DNA from: a virus
Taxonomy: Duplodnaviria > Caudoviricetes
IMG/VR virus record: IMGVR_UViG_2565956830_000008
Span: 20,953 to 84,952 of that record
Direction: 5' to 3' (one strand)
DNA: 64,000 nt
This document shows positions 54,165 through 64,000 of the stretch, piece after piece; positions within the stretch are counted from its first letter, which is position 1; each line of letters begins with the position of its first letter. The notes below the pieces were generated by a model. That model did no database searches. It saw only the letters and a program-made list of their open reading frames with translations, and was not told where the DNA came from. The position numbers and the translations under genes are program-made.

Positions 54165-54383
54165 ATGGCTAAGGAACCGACCAAACTTGAAGTGGCCGAG
54201 GACGGCGTCCAGGAGGCGCCCATGGCCGACGCGCGGGCACTGCTGACGCAGCTCGTCGACGACGCCTCGATCGACGGCAAGGTCTCCGCCTTCACCACCC
54301 GAGGCCGACGCCGCGCCTACGTGATCCCGCCCGCCGTCTACGACGAGCTGCTGAGGCTGCGCGCCGAAGTGGCAGCTAAGTGA
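54165..54383 (+). CDS. Phd/YefM-like protein (orphan)
   Basis: MADARA.L..LVD.A......FT.RGR..A.VIP...YDEL. Confidence 0.72.
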   Translation: MAKEPTKLEVAEDGVQEAPMADARALLTQLVDDASIDGKVSAFTTRGRRRAYVIPPAVYDELLRLRAEVAAK

Positions 54384-54391
54384 CCGCGCGC

Positions 54392-56857
54392 TCACAGGTC
54401 ACCCCGCAGCCAGGTCAGCAGGTCCTCGTCCGACCCGTGCGTGTGCGCCTGGTCGAAGTTGATGAACCCGCCCCGCTCTTCGGCGGTCGTCGCTGACTCG
54501 TGGCAGCTGCCGCACAGGTTCCGCACCAGTCCGTCCCGCTTCGACTTGTGCGGCCACAGGTGCTTGTTGTGGCGGCACAGCTGGCAGTCGCCGAGGGGTG
54601 GAGGCGTCGCCGGCGTCATCGCCTGCCCCCTTTCCGGGCCCACGACGGCACGGGCCGCACGGGCGCCCTGTGTCGGCCGCGGGCAGCCCACTGGAGGGCC
54701 CAGACGACCGCCCGGTGGGTCATGGGGGCCACGACCGGCGGATGCCCGAGGAACCCCGCAGAGCCGGTCAGGACGACGAACAGGTACAGGCCGACGAGGA
54801 TCATGCGGCGGCTCCCGGGAACGGCGGGAAGCCGGGCGCGGGAGGCACGACGTTGGTGACTCCCATGACCAGCTGCGTGCCGGGGCTCGGGTTGTGCGGG
54901 CTGGGGAACGGGCCCGGCTCGGGCCAGGCGTAGCCGTCGACCGTGAGGCACTCACCGAGCGCGTAAGCGCGGTGCTCGGGCAACTCCTTCAGCGGCCACT
55001 GCTCCGGGTCCGCCATGTAGCGCCACCAGGGGACGATGGCGTACCACCACGTCCCCGGCTCGTACTCGGCCCACCCTTCGACCGCGACGCCGGTCCGGCG
55101 GCGCTGCCAGATGCCCTGCGCGATCGCGCCGATGTCGCGGTACTGCGGGTGCTCGAACTCGGCGACGAGGGCGCCCACGATGCTGCGCCGGATGCTGATG
55201 GTGATGTGCGTGTACTCGCGCGTGAACGTCGGCAGAGGCTCCACGGTGCCGATGCCGAACATGACCGGCTCGTCCAGGTGATAGGTCATGGCCCACTGGT
55301 GGTCCGGGCTGCCGTCCTCGTCCAGCGGGGTGACCCGCAGGACCGTGACGCCCATGTAGCGGGGGGCGGTGATCTCCTCGTCCTTCACCGGTCACCCCCG
55401 GCGCGCTCATCTCGGTTGCGTCGGTGCTCGTCGAGGCGGATGACGCCGAGGCAGCGGGTCAACGGCTCGTCGTCCTGCCGCCCCTTGCATGTGGCCACGT
55501 GCGGCTTGTGGAGCTTCTCCCAGGGATCGGCGGGCAGTTCCTCGGTCGGTCGCCGCGAGAGCCATGTGCCGCGCCCGTCCCGGGACACGGCCGTGTTGCC
55601 CTCCGGGTGCGGCTCGTAGTCGACGGCGAGCCGCTTCCTGCCCTCGGTGACGGTCCACCGGATGGGGGCGCCGCAGGCCCCGCAGTACGAGGGGCGGGGC
55701 ATCACGCCACAGCCTTCCGGGGCCGGCCGTGCCGGTCGCGAAGCTCGACACCGGCCGCGAGGAGACGCGTCCGTACGAAGTCGTTCGTGTAGCCCGTTCG
55801 CTCCGCGATGGCGCGGATACTCAGGCCGCGCCCGAACTGCCCGGCCCGGTACAGGGTGGCAAGGTACTCGGCGACCTGATCGGCCTCCATAGGGCGGCCG
55901 CCACTGGGGCGGAGCTCCACGCCGGCGGCTATCAGTCGCCGTCGAGCGGTCGAGTAACTACGGCCGATCTCCTCGGCCACGCTGCGGATACCCAGGCCCT
56001 CGTCATAGAGGGCCGCGACGTCCACGGACACGGACGAACCTTTCTGCACTGGTGGATCCGGGGCCGGAGCCGCACAGGTGCGGCCCCGGCCAGGGGGAAG
56101 GGGTCAGGCCCAGAGGACGAGGGCGACGGCCAGCCCGAGCACGGGCGACCACGGGGCGACGACCGGTATGAACGCGGTCCCGGCCCAGGTCACGGCGCCG
56201 AACGACAGGCCGACCATGAACTTGCGGGCCATCAGTCGTCGCACTCCAGCCAGTCGTCGTCGTGGCCGTGGTGCCCGCGCGAGCCGTGGACCTTGCCGGT
56301 CGGCTTCGGCGCGGCCTTCCGGTCGGGCTTCTTCAGGTCGGCGCGCGGATTCTTCTTCGCCTTGCTGCCGCTCGACTTGCTGCCGCCCGACTTGCTGCCG
56401 CCGCGACCGCTGCCCGCGGGGGCGGCCACCAGCTCGACGGCGAGCGCGCCGCCCTGGTCCTGCTGCACGACGCCGATCGCGTCATCGCAGTCGTCGTCCG
56501 CTGGCCGGTCACAGCCGACCGCTACCAGCGAGCCGACGAGCACCAGGACGGCCGCCACTCCGATCAACTTGTTCATCAATCCGCTCCGCTTGTGTCGTGC
56601 GCGTCTAGTTCGCGCTGGTCTCCGAGTTGGGCCCGCTGCGCGTACACCTGCACGGCGTGCGCCTGCTTCCGGGCCCGGTGCGTCTCAGCACAGGTCTTGT
56701 GGGAGGGGCGCCCTCCCTCGTCGCGGAGGCTTGTCGGCCCCTTGCAGAACCGGCACGGCCGAAGCCACTGAGACCAGTGCCGACTCGCGTTGGACCAGTC
56801 CAGGACCCCGCTCGCGGGGAGGTACTCATCCGGTCCCGGCCGCCGCTTCCGCGCCAT
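54392..56857 (-). other. Run of small coupled genes (54392-54619, 54801-55388, 55385-55705, HTH-repeat protein 55702-56049, lipoprotein-like 56232-56579, Zn-finger-like 56576-56857)
   Basis: Overlapping starts/stops; two HTH-like repeats in 55702 gene; VAVGC lipobox-like motif in 56232 gene. Confidence 0.65.
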
Positions 56858-57176
56858 CGCCACCCCCCGATCTCCGGGAGGTCCGGCGGCGTCGCCTCTG
56901 CTGCCGCCGCCGGAACGCCTTCCGCTCGTCCTTGTCCAAGCCGCCCCACACCCCGTTCGGCTCCGGGCGCTCGAGTGCGGCCTCAAGGCACGCCGCGATC
57001 ACCGGGCACAGGGCGCACACCGCTTTCGCTTCCTTGCTGACGAGCAGCACCAGCCCCTTGGGGAAGTCCTCGGGGAAGAAGATCGAGCGGTCCTCCAACT
57101 CGCGGCAGGCGCCCTGGTCGGACCAGTGCGCGGCACGCGAGAGGGTGTCGGGCGCGTGGCGGCTTGGACGAGGCAT
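56826..57176 (-). CDS. WhiB-family transcriptional regulator
   Basis: W...GAC, FFP, AKAVC..CPV...CL, GVWGGL...ER. Confidence 0.95.
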   Translation of the reverse strand: MPRPSRHAPDTLSRAAHWSDQGACRELEDRSIFFPEDFPKGLVLLVSKEAKAVCALCPVIAACLEAALERPEPNGVWGGLDKDERKAFRRRQQRRRRRTSRRSGGGDGAEAAAGTG

Positions 57177-57415
57177 CAGCCGTCTGCCTCCACGCCCGGG
57201 TACGCCACCCGCTGAAAGGTGATCGTGTCCTCGTCGACGGCGGGCGCCGCCACCATTACCGGCTGCTCGGCCGCGTCGGTGCGCGGCCGACGGTGCTTGC
57301 CCGTCGGCCGCAGCCCCAGCCACGCCCACACGGCCGCGCCCGGGACGAGGAGCAGCAGCCACCACCAGCTGACGTTCTCGGCGATCCAGATCAGGACGTC
57401 CAGGGCCGTCTTCAT
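57176..57415 (-). CDS. Small membrane protein
   Basis: WWWLLLLVPGAAVWAWL. Confidence 0.65.
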   Translation of the reverse strand: MKTALDVLIWIAENVSWWWLLLLVPGAAVWAWLGLRPTGKHRRPRTDAAEQPVMVAAPAVDEDTITFQRVAYPGVEADG

Positions 57416-57624
57416 CCCGCAGCCTCCCGCCAGTTCATGACGGTCTTCTCCGTGACGCCGAGGAGCTTCGCGACGCTGCGCGCCGACTCCTTCGAGCGCT
57501 TCGCCGCGTACCGGAGCTCTTCCGGCTCCAGCACCGTGTGCGGCAACGACCCCTTCAGGACCCGCTCAACGGCCACCACGTCGACGCCCCGGTCCCAGGT
57601 GGCGAACTCCTTCAGGGTGTTCAC
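57412..57624 (-). CDS. Small HTH protein
   Basis: SARSVAKLLGVTEKTVMNWR. Confidence 0.75.
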   Translation of the reverse strand: MNTLKEFATWDRGVDVVAVERVLKGSLPHTVLEPEELRYAAKRSKESARSVAKLLGVTEKTVMNWREAAG

Positions 57625-58064
57625 GCCGCCTCACCGGCCTTCGCCGCCTCGCGCATCACCCGGTCCCGCTGGTGCTCGCCAGCGACGCAGCCCGGGATCT
57701 CACACGACTGCGACACCTTCCCCTCGGGCTCACGCCCGTTGTGCAGCCGGAACGCCACCCGGTACGCGGTCTGGATGCTCGTGCGGTGCCGGACCACGGG
57801 CGTCCCGCACCTCTCCCGCGTGCCGGTCCACCGGCGGTGACCGCCCTCGACGGGCTCCGACTGCTCGGTGAACGCCTCCAGCCACGAGCCGTACGCCGGA
57901 CGACGTCCACGCACGTACGAGGGCAACCCGACCCGCTTACGCACCTCGTCGACCCTCCGGTCACCGATACCGAGCTTCAGGGCGACGGCCCGGTTCGAAA
58001 CGTCCTCCTCAGCGAGCAGGGCACGCAGTATCTGCTCGTCGCTGACCTCGACGACCGTGGTCAT
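57621..58064 (-). CDS. HTH + degenerate HNH/His-Me-like protein
   Basis: SNRAVALKLGI; WTG...AYRVAF...G..SCEIPGCV..EH. Confidence 0.7.
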   Translation of the reverse strand: MTTVVEVSDEQILRALLAEEDVSNRAVALKLGIGDRRVDEVRKRVGLPSYVRGRRPAYGSWLEAFTEQSEPVEGGHRRWTGTRERCGTPVVRHRTSIQTAYRVAFRLHNGREPEGKVSQSCEIPGCVAGEHQRDRVMREAAKAGEAA

Positions 58065-58660
58065 TGCTTCACCTCCGGCCATGTGGCTTTCTCGACGGCG
58101 GCACGGTGCGCCTTGGGCATGCCAGCGATGGGGGCGAGCAGCCAGTCCCGGCCAGCTGCCATGAGCGTCACGGCGTCGGCGGCGTTGTCGTTGCCGCCGG
58201 TCAGCCACTGCGGCCACCGGCGGGCGACGGCGTCCACCACGGCCGTCTTCGGACCCGACCCCTTGCCGGTCGCGTACAAGATCCGCTGGTTCGGGGACAT
58301 GAGACCGACGGGGATCTCGGCGTCCGTCAGCCGCTCGAAGATCCGCCACCACAGCCAGCCCCGCTCGTGCGCGCCGCCGCCGGACCTGGACAGGGCAGCG
58401 GCCTCAATGACGGCAAGGTCGGGGCGGCCGATCGCCTCCGTCACCGCGTCCAGGACGCGCCGCATGTGGACGAGCCGCTCACCGTGCGGGAGCTTGGTGA
58501 TCGGGTTCTTCTTGTCCTCGTAGCCGATCACCCGGCACCACCCCATCGAGGAGGCGAGACCGGTAGCCGACAGTGAGAGGTCGATCCCGACAACGCTTGG
58601 GCCAGGAGGGATCTCGGCCTCTGGCGCCGGATCCGACGCGAACAGCTGGATGCTCTTCAT
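58061..58660 (-). CDS. RuvC-like Holliday junction resolvase
   Basis: GIDLSL..TG, AVIE, ATGKG...K, DNAADA. Confidence 0.85.
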   Translation of the reverse strand: MKSIQLFASDPAPEAEIPPGPSVVGIDLSLSATGLASSMGWCRVIGYEDKKNPITKLPHGERLVHMRRVLDAVTEAIGRPDLAVIEAAALSRSGGGAHERGWLWWRIFERLTDAEIPVGLMSPNQRILYATGKGSGPKTAVVDAVARRWPQWLTGGNDNAADAVTLMAAGRDWLLAPIAGMPKAHRAAVEKATWPEVKQ

Positions 58661-59944
58661 CCTTCGCCGCCCTCCTCGCCCTGGCCGCCGCTGAGCCACT
58701 CGGCGGGTATGGGCGGGGCAAGCTGGAGTTCGGGCCACTCCAGCCGCTCGCCGTTCGTGTCTTCGTTGTCGGGCGGGTTGTCGAGGTCGAGCCGCGCGGT
58801 GAAGTGCTCGCCGGCGAGGGCAGCGGCCTCCTTGCCTGACGCGGCGATGAACGGGGCCGCGCCGGTCAGGAATGCCCGCCGCGGTGACCAGCCGAGGACC
58901 GTCACCCACACGTGCGCGGTGTCCTCGTCGCAGCAGTCGAGGCGACCGCCTTCCTCAACGGCGATGACCGACACGACTGTTGGAAACCACTTCTTCGTCA
59001 CCGGGCACCGCCATCCGCGAGCCACAGCGGGCGCACCGCGACGTAGTCCTCGGTGATCTGCTCGGGCATCTGGATCCGGGTGAGCACCAGGTCGTCGGGA
59101 TCGGCCGCGACGAGGTTCACCTTCACGTCCAGATAGCGGCCGGGCAGCTCGGTGAGCGGCAGGTCCACTGCGTTGCCGAGCTGGTCGGCAAGGACGGTGA
59201 CCTCCTTCTCCATGTGCCAGCCGAGGACGACGACCTTCGCTGTCCGCGTCTTCACGTCGACCGAGTTCACATGGACCGCGCTGGTGTAGCGGGGCTCGTC
59301 GAGTGCGGCCAGGTACCGGCGGCCCAGCAGCGTGATCCGCCACGCCTCGTCGTTGCCGTCCGCGTACCGGCGGGCGCGCAGTCCGCGCAGCTCTTCGGTG
59401 GGGTCCTGGAACGACTCGCCGCCGGCCAGGGCCCGCAGCACGACCTCGGCCGCCTTCGGCAGCGGCTGCTCGGTCGCGTGCTTCACCACGCGGATCTGCG
59501 CGAGCCGCCAGGCGTGCGTGCCGCGCGTCGTCTCCGCCGAGCAGGGGCACGCCGACACGGTGGGTATCGACTCGGGGTCAGACACGTGGCCGTGGCACTG
59601 CATCGCGCTGGCCGCGCCCCTCTCGCACAAGCTGGCTGAGCAGCACGGGCAGTTGGGGCAGGGAGCCTGGGCCGGGCGCAGATACTCGGGCCCGAACGGC
59701 TCGTCGTATGTGATCGTCATGAGTCCTGTCCTGGGGTCTCGTGTCCGCAGCGGAAGCACTTCCGGGAGCCGTCCGCGCGCATCGCGTGCGGGGTCCGGCG
59801 CTGCTCGCGCGGGCAGTCAGCGAAGTCGGCTATGTCGGCGTGGCCTTCCGCCCACAGGGCGGGTAGCGCCAGTACGGAGGGGGCCGGGGCGGGGGCCGGG
59901 CCCGCGAGCAGTGCGCGGGCCCGGCTCAACCAGGCGGCGGGCAC
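58657..59944 (-). other. Three coupled hypothetical genes (58657-59001, 58998-59720, 59717-59944)
   Basis: 4 bp overlaps; the first two share a V.VLGW segment. Confidence 0.65.
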
Positions 59945-59946
59945 GC

Positions 59947-60894
59947 CTACCGCCTCTTGTTCCTGTCGCGGTTGCGGCGCCTCGGCTTCGCCCGGCCCCG
60001 CGTCTTAACCGCGAGACGGGCCACCGGCCGGTCCTGCGACGCTTCGGCCGCCCGCGCTGCCTGCCGCGCTTCCGCCTCCAGCGCGGCCGTCTCCGGGTCG
60101 ACGGCCGCGAGGATCTGCGGCTTGCCGTCCTCAGCGGACTGCTCCACCTCGACCAGGGCCCGCAGCTCAGCCGACTTCGGCACGAGCTTCGCCATGCGCC
60201 GGATCGCCGTCTTCAGGTGCATGTCGTCGAAGCGGGTGTGCCACAGCGAGTCTTTGCTGCCGCTCGACTCCGCCCGCTGGTAGGCGCGGCTGAACTCGTC
60301 GCGGATGTCCTCCGCTTCCTCGACGGTGACGGTCGCGACCGCCGACCGGGCGCCGCCCTCCAGCCACGCGAACGCGTACGCGAACAGCACCTGCCGGTCC
60401 TTCTTCGGCGCCAGCAGGTTCGGCTTGTGCACGAAGTCCTCGCCGACCCGGGCCGTCGGCACGTAGTCCCACTCGTCGCCGTCGTAGACCAGGCCGGTCA
60501 CCACCGACTTCACCAGGCCCGACCGGTACATCAGCTCGATGTAGCCGTGGTACGTGGCGAGGAAGGTCGCGATCCTGTCGTCGGCGGTGATGACCGCCTG
60601 CTGGCCGTCCGGGATCAGTCCGAACCGGGCGCAGGTGATGACGCTCTGCAGAACGCTCGCCGGGGTGCAGTTCCGCAGCTTCGGCAGGACCGGGCGGAGC
60701 GCCGTGAGGAACAGGTCCACGCTGACGTGCTTCGGCAACGCGGCCTCGATGTCGGCCCGGTACTGCTCGATGTCGTGGCCGTGCCCGGCGGGCGTCACTT
60801 CGACGTCCTCGCCTCGGTCGTGACGGACGGTCTCAGTGCTGGCGACTGCTGCCGCTCGCTGCTGGACGCGTTCCTTCAGGGTGGTCAGGGCCAT
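59947..60894 (-). CDS. recT: RecT-family single-strand annealing recombinase
   Basis: CTP.S......CA..GL.P, YHGYIEL..RSG, VY.GDE, W...FD.M..KT.IRR..K..P.S. Confidence 0.92.
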   Translation of the reverse strand: MALTTLKERVQQRAAAVASTETVRHDRGEDVEVTPAGHGHDIEQYRADIEAALPKHVSVDLFLTALRPVLPKLRNCTPASVLQSVITCARFGLIPDGQQAVITADDRIATFLATYHGYIELMYRSGLVKSVVTGLVYDGDEWDYVPTARVGEDFVHKPNLLAPKKDRQVLFAYAFAWLEGGARSAVATVTVEEAEDIRDEFSRAYQRAESSGSKDSLWHTRFDDMHLKTAIRRMAKLVPKSAELRALVEVEQSAEDGKPQILAAVDPETAALEAEARQAARAAEASQDRPVARLAVKTRGRAKPRRRNRDRNKRR

Positions 60895-62081
60895 CACAGC
60901 TCCTTCGCGGGCACGCGCAGCACCCGGGCGAGGCACGCCTCGTACTCGGCGGGGTACTTCTCCTTGATCAGGTCCATGTCGAGGACCTCGACCGTCTTCC
61001 GGCACTCGGCCGCGATGGCCGGGTAGTCCTTCTCGAACCGCTTCGGCGAGAACGTGCCGTTCCGGATGTACGACCAGGCCTTCTTGCCCTCGACCTCCGC
61101 GACACCGGCCGCGCCGCACGCGAGGCGCATCTCGTTCTCGACCGTGGTCTTCTGCTCGTCCAGTTCCTTGATCTGGGCGGTCAGCGCCGCGCGCCGCTTC
61201 CGCAGCTTCTCCGCCTTCAGGCGGGGCACCTCGATGACGTCCTTCGGCTGGACCTTCCACAGCCGGCCGAGGAGTTCCTTCGTGGCTTCCAGCCCGTCAG
61301 CGGGCGGCGGGTAGCCCTCGACGACGTGCCGCTGGAACCACTTCCCGCAGACGTCGATCAGGGTTCCGATCAGCTCCTCGTCCCGCTCGATGCGGTGGTA
61401 GCGGAGCGTGTTCCCGCCGACGAGGGCGACGGCCCAGCCGTACGGCCAGCCGCCAACCGCCATGTTCCAGTGGACCTGGAGCGCGGGCGCGTCGGGCACC
61501 CCGTCTTCCCAGTCGTCCAGTTGGTACGCGCTGCGGTTCTTCAACTCGACCGGGGCAACGACCGCGCCCGTCTCCGGGTCGAGCGCGTACCGGTCGACGT
61601 TCGAGCGCATCCACGGCCGGTCGATGTTCGCGAGCGTTCCCGGCGTCGGCACGGCCGGGATACCGGTCCGCTTCGTGAACATGTACGCAATGAAGTCCTC
61701 GATCTCCTGACCGACTTCGGCGTACTCGCTCAGCTGGTCGTCCATCGGTACGGGACGGCCGTGCTTCTCCTCGTACACGTGGCGAGGGCCCGCGTACTTG
61801 TTGAGGCCGAGGATCTTCGCGACCTCGGACCCGCCGATGCCACCGCGCCGGACCTCTTCCCACTGGCGGCGGTACACGCGGTCGTTCAGGTCACCGCCGA
61901 GCAGCAGCAAGCGCGCGGTCGGCGCCCCGTACGCGAGGTCATCCGAAGCGTCCTCTGGCGGAGTCCACGGTTGGGTAGCCTGTTGGGGCAACGTTCCTTC
62001 TCCTTCGTTGGATCGTGCGGAAGATCGAGGCCGTCGAGCTGTGCTGAGCTCGGCGGCCTCGCTGTGCGTGGGCGTCGTCAC
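60894..62081 (-). CDS. YqaJ-family (lambda exonuclease-like) protein
   Basis: RR.GIGGSE...ILG...Y, G...E, NVD, ELKN, Q....M.V.G. Confidence 0.92.
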   Translation of the reverse strand: MTTPTHSEAAELSTARRPRSSARSNEGEGTLPQQATQPWTPPEDASDDLAYGAPTARLLLLGGDLNDRVYRRQWEEVRRGGIGGSEVAKILGLNKYAGPRHVYEEKHGRPVPMDDQLSEYAEVGQEIEDFIAYMFTKRTGIPAVPTPGTLANIDRPWMRSNVDRYALDPETGAVVAPVELKNRSAYQLDDWEDGVPDAPALQVHWNMAVGGWPYGWAVALVGGNTLRYHRIERDEELIGTLIDVCGKWFQRHVVEGYPPPADGLEATKELLGRLWKVQPKDVIEVPRLKAEKLRKRRAALTAQIKELDEQKTTVENEMRLACGAAGVAEVEGKKAWSYIRNGTFSPKRFEKDYPAIAAECRKTVEVLDMDLIKEKYPAEYEACLARVLRVPAKEL

Positions 62082-62377
62082 GACGCCTGTCGCTCCGTGG
62101 CCATGGGCGGCTCGTCGTCGAGCGGGGTCACGCCGGAGCTGGGTTGCAGGTCTGCGACCGGGCAGCCGATGACGCGCGCCATTGCGCGCAGCCGCTCGGG
62201 GGTCGCGTTGCGTCGGCCGGCCTCGATGTCACAGAGCAGTTGGAAGCTGAATCCGCACTGCTCAGCCAGGGCCTTCTGTGTCAGTCCGGCGTTCTCGCGC
62301 GCTCGTGTCACCGCCTCGGGCGAGTGGTGAAAGGGCGAGCCATTGCGGCGTCGCATCCGGGTGTTGTTCATACGCAC
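62078..62377 (-). CDS. Cro-like XRE HTH protein
   Basis: ARENAGLTQKALAE.CG.S...CDIEAGRRN; first gene of leftward operon. Confidence 0.88.
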   Translation of the reverse strand: MRMNNTRMRRRNGSPFHHSPEAVTRARENAGLTQKALAEQCGFSFQLLCDIEAGRRNATPERLRAMARVIGCPVADLQPSSGVTPLDDEPPMATERQAS

Positions 62378-62505
62378 AGCCTATGCGTAGTGACGCGTAG
62401 TTTGAACATTTCGCGCGTAGTTTGCAGCAGTTGTGACGTCAGTCACACAACTGCGCGCCGGAATTCGCCAGATCCTGCCGTCGCGTAGCGCACTACTGCG
62501 TAGTT
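62371..62505. promoter_or_regulatory. Divergent cro/cI control region with repeated GCGTAG operator-like boxes
   Basis: GCGTAG at 62385, 62395, 62415, 62483, 62498; CGCGTAGTTTG repeated at 20 bp spacing. Confidence 0.7.
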
Positions 62506-62522
62506 ATGCGAACCTTCGCTGT

Positions 62523-62996
62523 ATGGACGCGCAGACACCACAGCCCCCCGCGGAGGCTGTACTCATCAAGGAGGCTCTCCGCCGAGCCCGCCTATCAGGG
62601 CGCGAAGCGGCACGGAGAGCCGGACTAAGCGAGACCCGATGGCGACAGATCGTCAACGGCTATCAGGACGTCAGTGGCGTACGGATCCCCGTGATCGCAC
62701 CCGACGAGACACTCGTCCGCATGGCGCAAGTCGTCAGCCTCACGTCAGACCAGCTCCGCCAGGCCGGCCGCAGCCCCGCCGCCGAACTCTTCGACGAACT
62801 CGCCGCACCGCCGACGGCTGCGAGCCCGCCGGAAACATTTGCGAGCAATGCCCAGGTCGAGGCGATCAGCGCACTCCTGGCCACCCTCACCCCCGAGGCG
62901 CGAGACCAGGTACTCAGCCGGTTCGCACAGCAGGCAGCCAACGGGGCCGCCCCGGCGGACACCCCGGAGGAGACCCGGCGCCGCCGAGCTGGGTAA
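62523..62996 (+). CDS. cI-like XRE repressor (157 aa)
   Basis: LSGREAARRAGLSETRWRQIVNG; divergent from cro-like gene. Confidence 0.82.
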   Translation: MDAQTPQPPAEAVLIKEALRRARLSGREAARRAGLSETRWRQIVNGYQDVSGVRIPVIAPDETLVRMAQVVSLTSDQLRQAGRSPAAELFDELAAPPTAASPPETFASNAQVEAISALLATLTPEARDQVLSRFAQQAANGAAPADTPEETRRRRAG

Positions 62997-63115
62997 CTGT
63001 CAGTAGCCATACATCACGTTAAGGTTACGAACCTGCCATGCGCGTAGAAACCGGTTACGCACACGAATGATCATTACCCCTCACGGCAACACAAACGTTA
63101 CGTAAGGGGGCGCAC

Positions 63116-64000
63116 GTGGCTGAAGTGGTATTGGCAGGCGTGCTCGGCGCAGCAGTCCTGGCGATCGTCCTGCTCTACCAGAACGGCCAGAGACAGGCGA
63201 CTCGTCTGACCAAGCTCGAAGCCGAGCTCGCCGCCGAGAAGATCGCCCGCATCACACAGCAAGCGGTTCCCCTCGCCCCGCTGGTAGAGGACGAGGAGCC
63301 CGCGCGCCGGAAGCGGCACCTGGCGCTCTACATAGGCGGCGGCGTGGCCGCCTTCCTCACTTCCCTCGGCCCACGCCTCCGTAATCTCGTGCGCAGACGC
63401 CGAACAGCGGTAGTCACCGCAGCCGCGAGCACCGTCCTCGTCGCCACCAGCGCTGTCGCCTACTACGCGAACGCAGGCAGTAACGCGACACCGGACTCCA
63501 CCGGGCACACCCCGGCGGCGACCGTCCCCGACCTCAGCGACAGCGACGACCAGGTCCCGGAGCGGGGCGCACACGACAAGGACGGCACGGGCGACGCGAG
63601 CGGCACGACACAGGGGGGCAGCTACACCGGATCCGGCGCAGAGCTCGCGCTCGTCGGTCAGAACGGCATCACCGACGACGAGCACTCAGGAGCAGGCCAG
63701 CCGGACGACGGCGGCCAGGGAGCCCACAGCGCCCAGGAGGACCCCGGCAACGACACTGCGGGCTCGGCAACACCCACCGCTCCGGCCGAGCAGCCCCCCG
63801 CTCAGAGCCCGGCTCCGGCGCCACCGTCTACGACCGAGCCGGAGCCCAGCCAGCCGTCTACGACCGAGCCAGAGCCCAGCCAGCCGCCGGCCACGGAGCC
63901 GCCCGGCGACGACAAGCCCGGCGACGACGACGGAGACGACGGCCTGTGTATCGGCCTCCCGCCGATCCTCGAACTCTGCCTTCCCGGCAACTCGAAGTAG
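63116..64000 (+). CDS. Membrane protein with Pro/Thr/Asp-rich tail
   Basis: Hydrophobic segments, PSTTEPEPSQ repeats; stop at 64000. Confidence 0.75.
   Translation: MAEVVLAGVLGAAVLAIVLLYQNGQRQATRLTKLEAELAAEKIARITQQAVPLAPLVEDEEPARRKRHLALYIGGGVAAFLTSLGPRLRNLVRRRRTAVVTAAASTVLVATSAVAYYANAGSNATPDSTGHTPAATVPDLSDSDDQVPERGAHDKDGTGDASGTTQGGSYTGSGAELALVGQNGITDDEHSGAGQPDDGGQGAHSAQEDPGNDTAGSATPTAPAEQPPAQSPAPAPPSTTEPEPSQPSTTEPEPSQPPATEPPGDDKPGDDDGDDGLCIGLPPILELCLPGNSK

Larger units (their letters stand above)
1..64000. mobile_element. Internal part of a large temperate tailed phage/prophage (actinobacterial, probably Streptomyces)
   Basis: Terminase, portal, protease, capsid, RecET-like pair, replication initiator and cI/cro-like switch in phage order; no host housekeeping genes; boundaries not visible. 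Confidence 0.93.

Overview
This 64 kb window is an internal segment of one large, high-GC temperate tailed phage (prophage), most likely from Streptomyces (WhiB, Spd-like and DUF6233-like genes). No integrase, tail tape measure or lysis genes are visible, so both ends lie outside the window. Almost all real genes are on the - strand. From right to left the order is: (1) cI-like/cro-like switch with repeated operators (62-63 kb); (2) YqaJ exonuclease + RecT, RuvC-like resolvase, WhiB and a replication initiator with internal palindromic iterons (52.6-62 kb); (3) small accessory genes, morons and an Spd-like membrane cluster (41.6-52.6 kb); (4) a ~19 kb accessory region (22.2-41.5 kb) punctuated by nine co-oriented ~90 bp hairpin-containing repeats and rich in methyltransferase-fold proteins; (5) a putative late operon opening with an atypical tRNA-Gly(TCC), followed by a degenerate Dam-fold/GNAT (Mom-like) fusion, a ParB-like protein and both terminase subunits; (6) portal, a MuF/2H-phosphoesterase/protease polyprotein, two capsid proteins and very Cys-rich repeat proteins. 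The best candidate for an undescribed system is the tRNA-Gly/GNAT/ParB/terminase operon. The tRNA shows features of non-proteinogenic glycyl-donor tRNAs and may supply Gly-tRNA for packaging-linked DNA adenine hypermodification. All family calls are by-eye motif recognition; no searches were run.
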